Assembly (NCBI GenBank): GCA_047967505.1
Contig: CM106538.1
DNA length: 64,000 nucleotides
From: Dipteris shenzhenensis
Lineage: Eukaryota
Strand: one strand, 5' to 3'
In this document: positions 12,273 through 23,829 of the stretch, piece by piece
How the letters are laid out: the number at the start of each line of letters is the position of its first letter
Numbering within the stretch: position 1 is the first letter of the stretch
Made by a program: the position numbers and the translations under genes
The notes under the pieces: model-generated
Databases searched by the model: none
What the model was told of the DNA's origin: nothing
What the model saw: only the letters and a program-made list of their open reading frames with translations

Positions 12273-13222
12273 AAAAAGGTGCTCATTTCTGTCGTCACCA
12301 TGCCCACTTGATGATGCATAGTTGCTTTGCTACAACTTCCCACTTTTGATGTCATTCTGCTTTTTATAGCATGTATTCTCCTTGTGTCCAGGCTTTCCAC
12401 AATAATAGCATTCTGTGCTGCTATTTACTTGCTGGTTCCTTTGCCATGAACCACGGCCTCTTTGGCTCCCCCTGCCTCTAGAACTACCACGTCCTCCTCC
12501 ATAGGACTGGTTTTCCTGTTGTTGCTGTTGGTTCTGATTTCCTGCACGGCTACCAAAACGGCCTCTTCCTCTACCCCTGCCTCTACCTGTATTCGAGTAG
12601 AAAGTAGTCTCTTGAGAAGTTGAGGTGGCTGAACCACCATTCCTTTGCTCTTCACTCAGCAAGAGAGCAATAAGTTCCTGAAAATCAGGAATGTTTCACG
12701 GACTCCAATGGATGTCCGAAACTGTGCATAATCTTTCCCAAGACCATTCAAGGTCACAAACACTAAGTCCTCATCATCAACAGGCGCTCCAATGGAGGCA
12801 AGAGAATCTGCAAGGCCTTTCACCTTCAAGGAATACTCATTTATATTCAGATTTTTCCTTTGCACATTGTGCAACTCTTGCTTTAGCTGCATCTTTCGTG
12901 CTTTGGTATTTGTGCTATACAGCTTCACCAATGTATCCCATGCCTCCTTAGGCGTCTCTACATCCTGTATATGCACAATCATAGAATCTGAAATGCTAAC
13001 AGACAGCCAATACAAGCATTTTCTGGCTTTTTCATGCCATTCTTTAAAGGCCTTCAATTCAGCAGGAGTGGGAGCAGTACCCAAAACTGGTTCTGCAGTT
13101 TCACCACTGATGTAATCCCAAACTCCCTTTCCCATAAGGAAGTTTGTCATCCTGAACTTCCATGCTTGGAAGTTGTTCTTGTCAAGCTTCTCACTGACAA
13201 TGGTAGACAGATTCTCAGACAT
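12273..13222 (-). pseudogene. gag: gag of Copia A with one frameshift (~12690) and one nonsense codon (12330-12332)
   Basis: EKLDKNNFQAWKFRM start, RG-rich stretch, CYYCGKPGHKENTC knuckle, split over ORFs 12656-13249 and 12330-12662. Confidence 0.9.
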
Positions 13223-16200
13223 TTTACAAATCACGAATTGCAACAGCAACCTGTAAACACAGCAAATGCCTCACAAGGGCAAATAGCAAAACTTCTGCAA
13301 AAAGCCTCACAGGGGCAGATCTGCAACACTGACGAAAGTGGTATTTCACCACACAGTCACTTCCTGGTGACGATTTTGCATCAACAAGCAATAGGCATGA
13401 ATCTGCAACTCCCAATATCTCTGCACACAGGCATACGATGCAATTCCTGTGGCACTTTTCCACGACTAGCCGCGCAGTGGTCGCACAGTGAAAAAGAGGG
13501 CCTTTTTCCGAGTGCCTGCGAAGAACTTGCACCTTCAAAACGGGCCCCGAAACGGCCTCAAATCAAAAAAATAAAGTCACCGCGAAGGGCCTCTCAATTT
13601 GAAACAGTGCACTCCTGCACTTCTGGCTGTGCTACCTGCAGAGATTTGCTCCCAAACTCGAAATAGGAAAGCAACACTGGGCCTCTTACCAGGACACCAC
13701 AAACTTGGCTTGCTTTCTTGAGCTCCTTACCACGAACAAGGCTCTGATACCATGTAAAGAATAAGGGAGAGAGATAGGAGACTCAAGTTCAGCTTTCTTC
13801 ACAACACACAAAAGAGAGAGGACACAAGGTTGGAGGGTGAAGCCTTTCTTCACTTTTTGCACACAACAACAATACAATAGAAGAGGGAAATACCCTATAT
13901 GTCAAAACCTAGAATACGTGGTTCATATGTGAACCCAAACCAAAAACATACGTGGTAGTCTAACTACACCATGAGTACAACTAACATAGGCGGTGACATA
14001 AATGATAGTCATCCAGGAGATATATCGGGGGTAGAGCTTGATATCTCAACACATGTTGCAACATTTTAAGGCCTCTTCTAGGCCTACCCATGGAGCCAAA
14101 GAGATGCCGATGGTGGTGAAGGATGTGGTCTCTTGAGGGGTTGTGGAGACTAGGACATAGGGCCCAACGGGGTAGTCAACGTAACTTTGGCTCCTAGATG
14201 GATGCCAATGTCGACTGTTTCATTGCCTCGGAGGTCTTTGATGAGAATGGGCTCCTCCTGAACCTGTTTTCCCTTGCCTTGAGGATCCGCGCGATGGAGG
14301 TGCAGTTGTTGGTGCTTGAATTCGTGCAATTGGCAGTCTTCATATTGTTTGAGCAGCTGACTTGTGTCCGGTTGCACATGAACTATTGTAGTGATACTGG
14401 GCATTATCCTTGCTCTCTTGGGCTTTACCTTTATTTCTTCTGGCTCAGTTTGTACTGGCCTGGTGGCAGATTTCTTTGCTAGTCAAAAGCCGAATGGTAG
14501 ATGTCTTTAAGTAGTAGAGGACTGGCATGTATAGCATGGGATTACCGATTACGTCCCTGTGGGTGCCAAGGTCGTCTCTCATTTGGTTGCAAAAGTAGTC
14601 AGCCCAGTTGGTCTCCTAGATCTCCACCATGCGCAGTAGGATATTTGGCACGATGGACTGATGATGGTCTGTGTGCTTGACTTGTGTGAGCCGTTGCAAA
14701 GCTCTTGCTGGTCACTCCATCTCAGGCTTGTGGATGTTTGTGAACTGGAGGCGGCCCTTGCTCTTGTGGCAGTCATAGTGACAAACCGTTTTGAGGGCAT
14801 CAAGCTTTTTCTTTTTGGAGTACTTTTTGTCAACCACCGGCAAGTTGAAGGCTACCCGTACCACATCTTGATTGATTTGGTAGTGGTGGGGATTGCCTGC
14901 TGCATCTCGCAGGATGCCAACATTGGTGTTGTTTTTGTACGCCTTGAGGAATTCTACCAGTAGCTTCATGTCTAGGTAGCATGGGAGACACTCTGCTCAA
15001 GCCTGCAAATCTGAGTGCCTCCTCTAATGGTGGGTCTTGTAATGCTACGTATGTTGCTGCTGTATGGTAGTGGAGGGTGTAATCGTGGCCCTCGTATGCG
15101 AAGTGCAAGTATAACGCAAGTGTCGAATTCTTGGAGCCATGCTTCTCCAGGTGGTGAGTGTGCTTGGGAGCACAGGAGCTTGTACTCGCCTGCTAATGGC
15201 GCCAGGGTGTGCTTTCTTGATCTTGAGGGAGGCATGCTTGCTACGGGCATACCTTCTTGAGTGGCATGTCTCTTCTTCTCCTTGCAAGTCTTCCAAGGGG
15301 ATCTTAGAAGGCATGCAGATCGTGGCAGAAGGAGTGCTTTGGGAGTCCGAGGGACTAGTGGCTTCGGGGATAGGGTGAGGGTGGAGTCCCAAGTCTGATT
15401 CAAACTCGAAGAACTCGTGTTCAATATCCATCAAAAAGAGGTATGGCAGTTGAGGGAGTCAGTGGATGAAGAAGACTGGGGGGACATACACAAGCTATTC
15501 AATTGGTAGTGGAAGAGTGCAAGAAATTGTTAGAATTATGGGAAAATTTTGCAAGAGTTTGTGGGCAAATGCTATGGCGATGACCCAATCGGATAAGCCT
15601 ATTTGTATAGATTTCCCATCCCCTCGATCAGTAGGATATGGGTATGGCGACGGTCGGTGGGGTAAATAGATAGTGGTGGTCGGTGTAGTTAAACCGATAT
15701 GGTGATGGGTGGCGGGATGTGGCCAAGACCATGACCAATGTGGTACAAGATGGCGATGAGTGGTGGGATCTGGGATGGCAATGGTCAGCAGTGTCCTTCC
15801 TTAGCATCGACCGGTGGAATACTTATTGGGGGATGATTGGTAGGATGTTGGGATGCAACGGTTGACGGGATACCTCTACGGCAACGACCGGCATGATTTG
15901 TCGATGGTGATGGCAATGGTGATGGTTTGCGAGATGTTGGGATCGAGACGGTCAGTAGGATAACTCTATAGTGACGATCGGTGGGATATTGACTATGTAA
16001 AAGAGTAAAAGAAGGAGAGAGGGGTGTGGGGGGGCAAAAGAGTGAGTGAGTAGAGTGCACTTGTGTGGTGCGGACGTGATTGTGAGGTCAGCGTGCAAGA
16101 TGAAGAACAAATGCAAAAATGAATCCTAATCACCTAGTGTTGACCTCGTGTGAGTGTGGAGTGTTCGGCATGGACTAGTGGGCTGTGGGTGTGTTAGGTG

Positions 16201-19200
16201 AGATGCCTACCGTACTGACTCACCTAGACCTGGACTCGATGATTATGGTGAATGCAGATGCCGTATTGCAGCATAGCGTGTAAGGAGCCATGTATAGTAA
16301 GTGTCCATCTTGTTTTTGGCCTTGGACTCTAGCCGTACATTTGCACTGGACTTTGTTGTTGCGGCATGGTCTGTCTTCTTGGGAGACGCGAGTTTTCATG
16401 AGTTCGCTTGCCGACCCTTGCTTTTATGAGTAGGATGGTACCATCGGAGGGGGTACGTTCACCATTACTTTTGAGTGTTCATCCCCAGAGGAAGGTTCTT
16501 GTGTAACTCTTCATGGGAGAGGGGTCGGTTCTTGTGGGGTTCCTTGGCTGTTTGTGGTGATACTTGTGTTGAGTCTGACCATCTGTGGTACTAGTGTGTA
16601 CTTGATACCTTGGGGCTAGCCTACTTCGTTTGGTTCATCTCAGGGCAGGTTCTTGTGGTGCTATATCTTCGGGAGACATAAGTTCTTGTGGTGCTACCTT
16701 CGACACCTTTAGGGTTTGCACCATCGACTTCAAGACCCAAGTGACCTTCTTGCCTTGGCCGCTTAAGTGGTTGGTGTTGACCGAGCTATTGGAGGGGTGT
16801 GGCAGTGGATGAGGTGGGGGCGCGGGCTAGCAATATGGCTTTCTTCTTGTAATAGATGGTTTTGAAAGAGGCTTCCTTAGGATGACCGAAGTGTTTGTTG
16901 CTACTTTAATGTACTTTGGGAGTCGGGTCCACTGATCGAAGTGATGTTAGGCACAGAGGATAGCATCTTGTACTTGCAGCTCACGGATTTTTTGGGTTGA
17001 GGATGATGCCATAGATTGAGTGGGCAATGACACCGGTTTACCACTATGGCTAGCTTTCTTCCCCTTTCAAGCTAGGACTTTTGGTGGGGTGTTGGTGGGG
17101 ACTGGGGCTTCCACTCTGTCCTTCTGTGTAGCTTCACTATTGTGTATCGGCGGCGAGGGCAAAACTGAAGAATTCGGGCTTGGTCCACACAACAGAACTA
17201 CTGCCATTTAGCCACCATGGGTGAGTGAAGCAGTCCGAGCGCACTAGTCGATTTAACAATTTACGACGTAGCACTAGGTTCATCCTAGTAGAATCTATTC
17301 TTTGGTTGCTTCTGTGAGGAGAACATAAAATTGTATATCCATTGCTTGGTGAACAACCGTTAGGCTTAAACTCACAAAACCCAAATTTTGTAGAAGTTGG
17401 CCATTTTTAGCTCTTATTGAAGCGACGGTAAGGGTTAGGGGTACCCATAGCTTTTCCCATACCTCTCAGGAGAGGAAGTTGTGGCTTGCTCCTAGATCCA
17501 TGAGTGCTTTGATGCACATGCATGGGACCTGCAGTTGAACAAGCAACTTGGATGGCTCTACTGTTAGCTCATCTATATTAGTTGCATCTGTTTAATCGTT
17601 GCCTTAAGCAATGTCATTTGCCTACACTATCGGAGCTTAGCATTACGAATTTTGGCTTCCTCGATGGCCTGGCATTTCATCCTGGCATCCTTGGCCTTGA
17701 GTTCTTTTTCTCTATGCACGGCTTGATGGGTGGAAAGAGTGGGTGGTCCGTAGTATCTTTTTAATTTGCTCCCGTTAAGGTAGCCATCCATTTCTATCCC
17801 ATGAAGGGTGGTTATTCGACATGACCTTTGGGGAGTGATCTCAACTATGCGATAAGGACCCATACCTCGATACTGAAGCTTAGGTTTAGTATTATGAACA
17901 CTGTATAGGAGTGCCAAATCTCCTTCTGCCAGGTCCTTGTTCTTGAGGTTGTGGTCGAACCACTTTTTACATCGGGCCTTTTCTACTCGGAGAGTAGGCT
18001 ACACGCAATCTTCTCTCTTCTAACTTCTCGAGGTCGACTAGCCGTTCTACTAGCACATTTTCTGTGAGTCTTTCCTCAATGGCAAGATGGAGGCTAGGCA
18101 CTACATACTCCATTGGCATTATTGCCTCCACCTCGAAGGCTAATTTGGAGGGGGTACAATGTGTGGCCACTTTGTAGGAGGTCCTATAGACCCATAACGT
18201 TGCTATGAGCTTATGCTCCCAGTCGATACAATTGGCTTCTACCATACATGTGATGATATTACATCACGTTTTGTTGGAGCTGTTGACCAAGACATTTGCC
18301 CTAGGGTAGTATGGCATTGACGTCCTATGTATGATCATAAAATCACTAGTCAGGATTGCTATCAAGAAGTGAGTTCCTCGGTCATTGGCTACCTCCAATA
18401 GACATCCGAACCACGTAATGACTTGTTCATTTATAAGAATTCGGTGGTGGATCTCGCATTAGCCTTCACCATGGCTCTTCCTCTTGCCCACTTGGTAAAG
18501 TAATCGGTGGCAAGGATCATGTATCTAACCCCGGTCCCCTTAGCTGTTGGGGTAAAGGCCAATGGCCTAGTATATACCCCTTTGTACCATACATACATAA
18601 TAAGAGCTTACCTTGACCTGGGTGAGTTAGCACCCACAATTTTTCGTATACTCCTTTTCTTTGTTGCTCTCCAATAAGACTTCCTGATTGCTTACAATTG
18701 ATGCATTTTGAGCCTTTGTTTAGCTAAGAAAGTGAGCATAATTTTTCTGAAGTTGTCATGTATCCCAGGAAGGGATTATTTTTTGTGAGTGCAATACTCT
18801 TCCCATTAAGGGAATTTTTGGGACAACAATTTTCAGAATTGTTGGGCTATTTCATTGGAGTTTATGCCTCAAATGCTTTAGGAAAAGTTGGTGATTGGCA
18901 GTTTGCAGTTTTGTGACAGCTAGAAAAAGTGAGCAGGTAGCTATTTTCAGAAGTAAATATTAGAGAATCCATGAGGAATTGTCTTCAGAGTTGAACTAAG
19001 AAGTTTTAGTTTTTCTGGACAATCTACAATCTTGTTTTTGAAAGCATTTCAATTCGAGATTTAGAGAAAAAGTTATGAGGCCCGGTATGCCCATGATTTA
19101 CAGTTTTGACAGCGGCTAGAAAAAGTGAGCAGGGGGCTGCATTCAGCAGTGAATATCAAAAAATCCATAATGAATTTGGACTTGTACTAAACTAGAAGTT

Positions 19201-19615
19201 TGTAGATCTATTGGTTTTCTACAACTTTGGTGCTTACAACAAAGGAAGCCGAGTTAAATTGGGAAGATATTGACAGTTCAAAAGAGGCCAAAACTGTTGC
19301 TGACTATTATTACAGTAGTAAAAGTTTGCAGGTGGTGGTTTCCAATAGTAGATATAAGGAGGTCTGTAAGGATTTTGGACTTGCTATTAACTGAGAAGTT
19401 GTAGAGTTTGCTACATTTCTTCTGTTTACACTTTTTGCATCGGAGCTACCGGTGCAAAAGCTATTGGCTAGTTTTGGGATGCCCTACGGTCACTTACAGT
19501 AGAACATGTATTTGTGACAGTGACAGTGTGGCTGTTGTCATTGCAGTTGATATTTTTTGGGCTTAAGTTTGGTACATTGGTGCAGTGTATCCTGGTTGTT
19601 TTGTCATCCATTGTG

Positions 19616-21343
19616 ATGGCTTCAGCATCAAAGAATGCATTGTTTAACATTGAGAAGTTGGATGGCACAAACTTCTCCTATTGGAAGGAGCAAATCTACA
19701 ATGTTCTGGTGCAGAAGAAGCAAGTAAAGCCTATAAAACGCAAAGGAATAAAGCCAGAGGATTGGGAAGATGATGAAGAGTGGAAAGAATTGGATGAGCT
19801 TGCATGCTCCACGATCATGCTCACACTTTCAAAATCGGTGTATTTCAATGTGAAAGATACTGCAGGTGGTGCCTATGGTGTGTGGTAGTTCCATGATCTT
19901 TATGAGAAGTAGAGTGCCGCTTGTCAAGTGTATTAGCTGAAGAAACTCATAGATCTTTGCATGGAAGAAGGGACTTCGATGTCTGGCCATTTAAATGAGT
20001 TTAACACAATTTTTAGTCAACTTTTAGCTTTGCCTTTGATGACTCAGTTAAGGCAAGATTCTTATTGGTCACCCTTCCTGAAAGTTGGGACACTTTTAGG
20101 ACTGCTATAAGCAATTCAGCTCATGCAAGAGGCCTGACAAGCAGTAATGTTGAGAGTAGCCTTCTCACTGAGGACGTAAATAGAAAGAACAATGCTAGAA
20201 CTAAAAGTTCAAGTGCCCTCAATGTGAGAGGGTGGTCATATTCCAGGGGGTTATACCACGACAGAAATACAAGCAAGTCTAGAAGCAAATCTAGAGGAAA
20301 ATCCCATGCCAAAAAGGATTTGGAGTGCTTCTATTATGGGAAGAAAGACCATTTCAAAAAGGATTGCTACAAATGGAAGAATGATAAAGGCAAGGGCAAA
20401 GCTAATGTGCAGCCCAAGAAGGAAGAGAAATCCATGGTCAATATAGAGGAAGTGAATGCCATAAGTAACAATAGTGATGAGGGTGACATTCTTTATGCCT
20501 CTATGTTTAAGCATGCTTTTCTTGTGACTAGTGATGATGCATTGTCACAGAATTGGATACTGGACTCAGGAGCATCTTTCCATGTCACTCCACATAGGGA
20601 GTGGTTTACCATTTATGATGCAAGAAGGAAAGGAACCATGAGACTTGGAAATGATTATCCATCTGACATTGTTGGAGTGGGAGATATCTACTTGTCTCTT
20701 CCTAATGGCTCTACATCTGTAGTCAAGAATGTTAGGCATGTTCCAAATCTGAAAAAGAGCTTGATAAGTACGAGACAGCTTGATGATAATGGCTATCATG
20801 TGTTTTTTGGCAACACTACATGGAAAATTAGCAAAGGGTCACTTGTGATTGCTAGAGGTTCCAAGCATGGAACATTGTACTCAATGCATGTGTCAGGAAT
20901 AAGAGATAATGTAATCAATGTGACCAAGCAGCCATCCATCTCTTTGTGGCATCATCGGTTGGGACACATGAGCATGTCAATAATGAAGATACTTTCTGGT
21001 TTGCAGTATGTTCTCGTGTTTAATTTTTCATATTTTAGCATGTGTGAGCATTGCATGTATGGGAAGCAAACACAGTTTTCACATAAAAAATCTTTGGGCA
21101 AGAAGAGGCTTGAACCATTGGGGTTGGTTCACAGTGATGTGTATGGACCTATGCCTACTGTCTCATTGGGTGGTGCTTCTTACTTTGCTACTTTCATTGA
21201 TGATGCTACATAGAAAGTGTGGGTCTATCCTCTTCAGAAGAAGAGTGATGTCTTTGATGCATTTCAAAAGTTCTTAGCATTTGTTGAAAATCAGTCGGGC
21301 AAGAAGCTCAAATGCTTGCGCACTGATAATGGAGGAGAGTATA
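19616..21343 (+). pseudogene. Truncated Copia gag-protease-integrase N-terminus (same lineage as Copia D and E)
   Basis: IEKLDGTNFSYWKEQI, WILDSGASFHV, LWHHRLGHMS..CEHC, LVHSDVYGP, LRTDNGGEY, then abrupt truncation. No LTR identified. Confidence 0.9.
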
Positions 21344-21344
21344 T

Positions 21345-21910
21345 AGTGAAAATGGTTCCAATAACCAGCGCAGTGCTTTAGTACTATGATAACTCCAATA
21401 ACCAGCGTGGTGGTTGCAAGGAAAATATACTAAATTGTAAATGCTACATTTTCCTTAGCTTGGAACTAAAATAGCTCCAAGAACATGTGCGGTGGTTGAG
21501 AAATTGTTGCACAAGAAGTACTATGACTAAAATATCTCTAAAATAACACTATTCTCCTTGGTTTAGAACTAAAATAGTTTTGACATCCAACCCAATGGTT
21601 GCGGATATGGACCTTGAGGGGTCCCGTTAGAGATTGACATGCCAAAGTGGTTTTCATGTCAACATGGGTCTCTCCATGCCAACATCATTGCTTGAACCGG
21701 CATGGTGGTTAGCATAGCAAAAGATTATGTTGCGCAGCGATAGATGGCAAAGCTGCGTAATGACAGGTGGCAAGGCAAAAGTTTTGTGTTGTTTTCAAGC
21801 CAACGTGGTTGTGCTCGAACTAGCACGGTGGTCAACACAACAAAAGATTGTGTTGCACAGTGATAGATGGTGAAGCTACACAAGCAAACATGGCAAGGCA
21901 AAGGCTGTGT
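21345..21910. repeat. Degenerate short and ~120-bp direct repeats
   Basis: Recurrent AACC(A/G)GCGTGGTGGTT-like motif, and CAAAAGATT..GTTGC.CAG.GATAGATGG at ~21718 and ~21841. Confidence 0.55.
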
Positions 21911-22174
21911 GATGCAGTCTCTGTGCTCATAAGTATATGCATATACTGCCATGTGTTAAGCTTTGCACTATTGACCATGATAAGATTGCATCTCATAATT
22001 ACGCCAGTGCACGTTCATGACGTCAGGAAAATTTTCGATGAGAGTGTGGGTCCATGCAAAATTTAAATATTCACCCAGAAGCACATCATGTCGTGGCCCC
22101 AAAATGGCCCCAAAAATAGTTTTGCGATTGGCTACACCCAAGCAAATGTTGACCCTTTGGTCTTCATTGTTGTT

Positions 22175-22520
22175 TGCACAAGTTTGACTATAAGCTCCTC
22201 TTCTCTTCCAAGAGAGTGTTTTGGGTGTTTCCTTGTTTCCATTGTAGTGCCTTTGTGTCTGCCACTCCATCCCCCTTTGCTCTCCTCTTCCCTTCTTCTT
22301 CCTCTTCTCTACTCCCTCTCCTTCCCTTCCTCCCTCTCCTCTCCCCTCTTCCCCTTCCCTCTTTCTCATGTGGAGACATTGCAACAATCTGAAGGCCGTT
22401 CGAGTGACACTTGCGGATGACTCGTGCAATGCATTGCTCCCACAAGGAGTATCTCGGAGTGGAGGCTCTATCAGCATATCTTCAACATCCCCATAACACA
22501 TGAGTCATTGTCGAGACCCA
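22175..22520 (+). repeat. Partial LTR of the Athila-like family also seen at 44416-45117
   Basis: Aligns by eye with ~44796-45110, including the CT-rich tract and GAGTGACACTTGCG. Confidence 0.8.
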
Positions 22521-23829
22521 CAATAGCATGCAACCTAGTAGCTAAGTAGGGACTAACTATATGTTTTTTTGTTGTTGCTGGGATTTCATAGGGCCAGCTA
22601 GGACTCAGGCATCACTTCTGAGCCCTAGGTTGAAATCACTTGATGCTACCTATATGTACAAAGATGTACATATTCAACATAGTGCTCGTGGTACAATCTA
22701 AATAAGGAAGACTTGGGTTTCCCAAATCTTCATTTTTGTCGGGGATGGCTTGTGTGCTCAAGCAGTAGCGCTTTAGTTGGCTCCCATTTATGGTTTTGAT
22801 GAATTGGACTCCATCCAATGTTTCTAGTAGCACAACTCCAATGGGATTCATCTTTTTGACTTGGTAGGTGCCAAAATTTCTTAACACTATACACCATTGC
22901 TTGGGCTTCTCTTTCGGTGGTGGTATAGTTGATCTCCACATCATTGACTTGTCAACTGGCAAAGTAGAATGGATAGTCTTTTTTATGTTCACTAGGTTGA
23001 CAAAGCACACTCCTAATTGCATACTTGGATACATTAGTATGAACATGAAAATTAATATCCCAATTGGGAGATATAAGGATGGGTGTTGTGGTTAGGTGCC
23101 ACTTTAAAAGCTCAAAGGCTTGGTCGCACTCTTCTGTCCATAAGAATTCCACTAATAATTTGTAAAGTGGTCTGGCTATCATGGCATACCGCAAGATAAA
23201 TCTTCGATAATAGCTGGCATGTCCCATAAAGACTTGTGCACATTTCAAATTTGTAGGAGGAGGCAATTCCATGATAATTTTGATTTTGTCCATGTCGGTT
23301 GCAATCCCATGTTGAGAAACAATGTGTCCCAAAACAAGTCCATGGTGACCATGAACTGGCATTTTGTTGGATTTAGGAAGATGCCATACTCCCTACATTT
23401 GATAGTACTACTTCAAGACATTTGAAGTGGCCTTTTTTGTTCGAGTGGATGCACAAATCATCCAAGAATACCTGTGAAAACTTATTCAAAAATGATTTGA
23501 AAGCTGTGAACATGACTTGCTAGAATGTGGTCAGGGCATTACAAAGGCCAAATGGCATGACTCTATAGGCAAAAATACCCCATTCTATAGCAAATGTTGT
23601 TTTTAATTGGTCTTTAGGAGCAATTTGCATTGGGTTATAGCCACTGAAGCCATCCAAGGAGCTATATATCTCGAAACCTAGTAGTATTTACATTCTTTGA
23701 GTTTACGCATATTCTGATCAGTGTGTTCTATCTCATAGATGAATTGGGCATCTGAGAGTTTTTCTAGCTCATCATAAACCATGGTACTATACTTTGGATT
23801 TGTTCGATAAGGTCCACATACCTTAGGTT

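Larger units (their letters stand above)
8612..14051 (-). mobile_element. Full-length Ty1/Copia retrotransposon A
   Basis: 299-bp LTRs at 8612-8910 and 13753-14051 (4 mismatches), TSD CATGT at 8607-8611/14052-14056, PBS at 13741-13752, PPT at 8911-8920, gag-PR-INT-RT-RH order. Confidence 0.97.
8241..18560 (-). mobile_element. Decayed Gypsy 3' region: integrase followed by a long accessory ORF region, interrupted by Copia A
   Basis: Integrase motifs DWEHKL..LWVYRTSYK..TP..L.F (17967-18245) and GPY (17627-17917). Downstream same-strand ORF fragments at 14150-15434 are homologous to 46170-48600. Confidence 0.75.

Noticed and set aside
12330-12332. TAG between gag and pol of Copia A as programmed readthrough
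   Set aside because: Copia B has CAG at the same place (KLQQSNY) and the context TAG CAA AGC does not match the CARYYA readthrough motif; most likely a C-to-T nonsense mutation.
18560-19615. 5' LTR and PBS for the Copia remnant at 19616
   Set aside because: No PBS, TG..CA boundary or second copy found.
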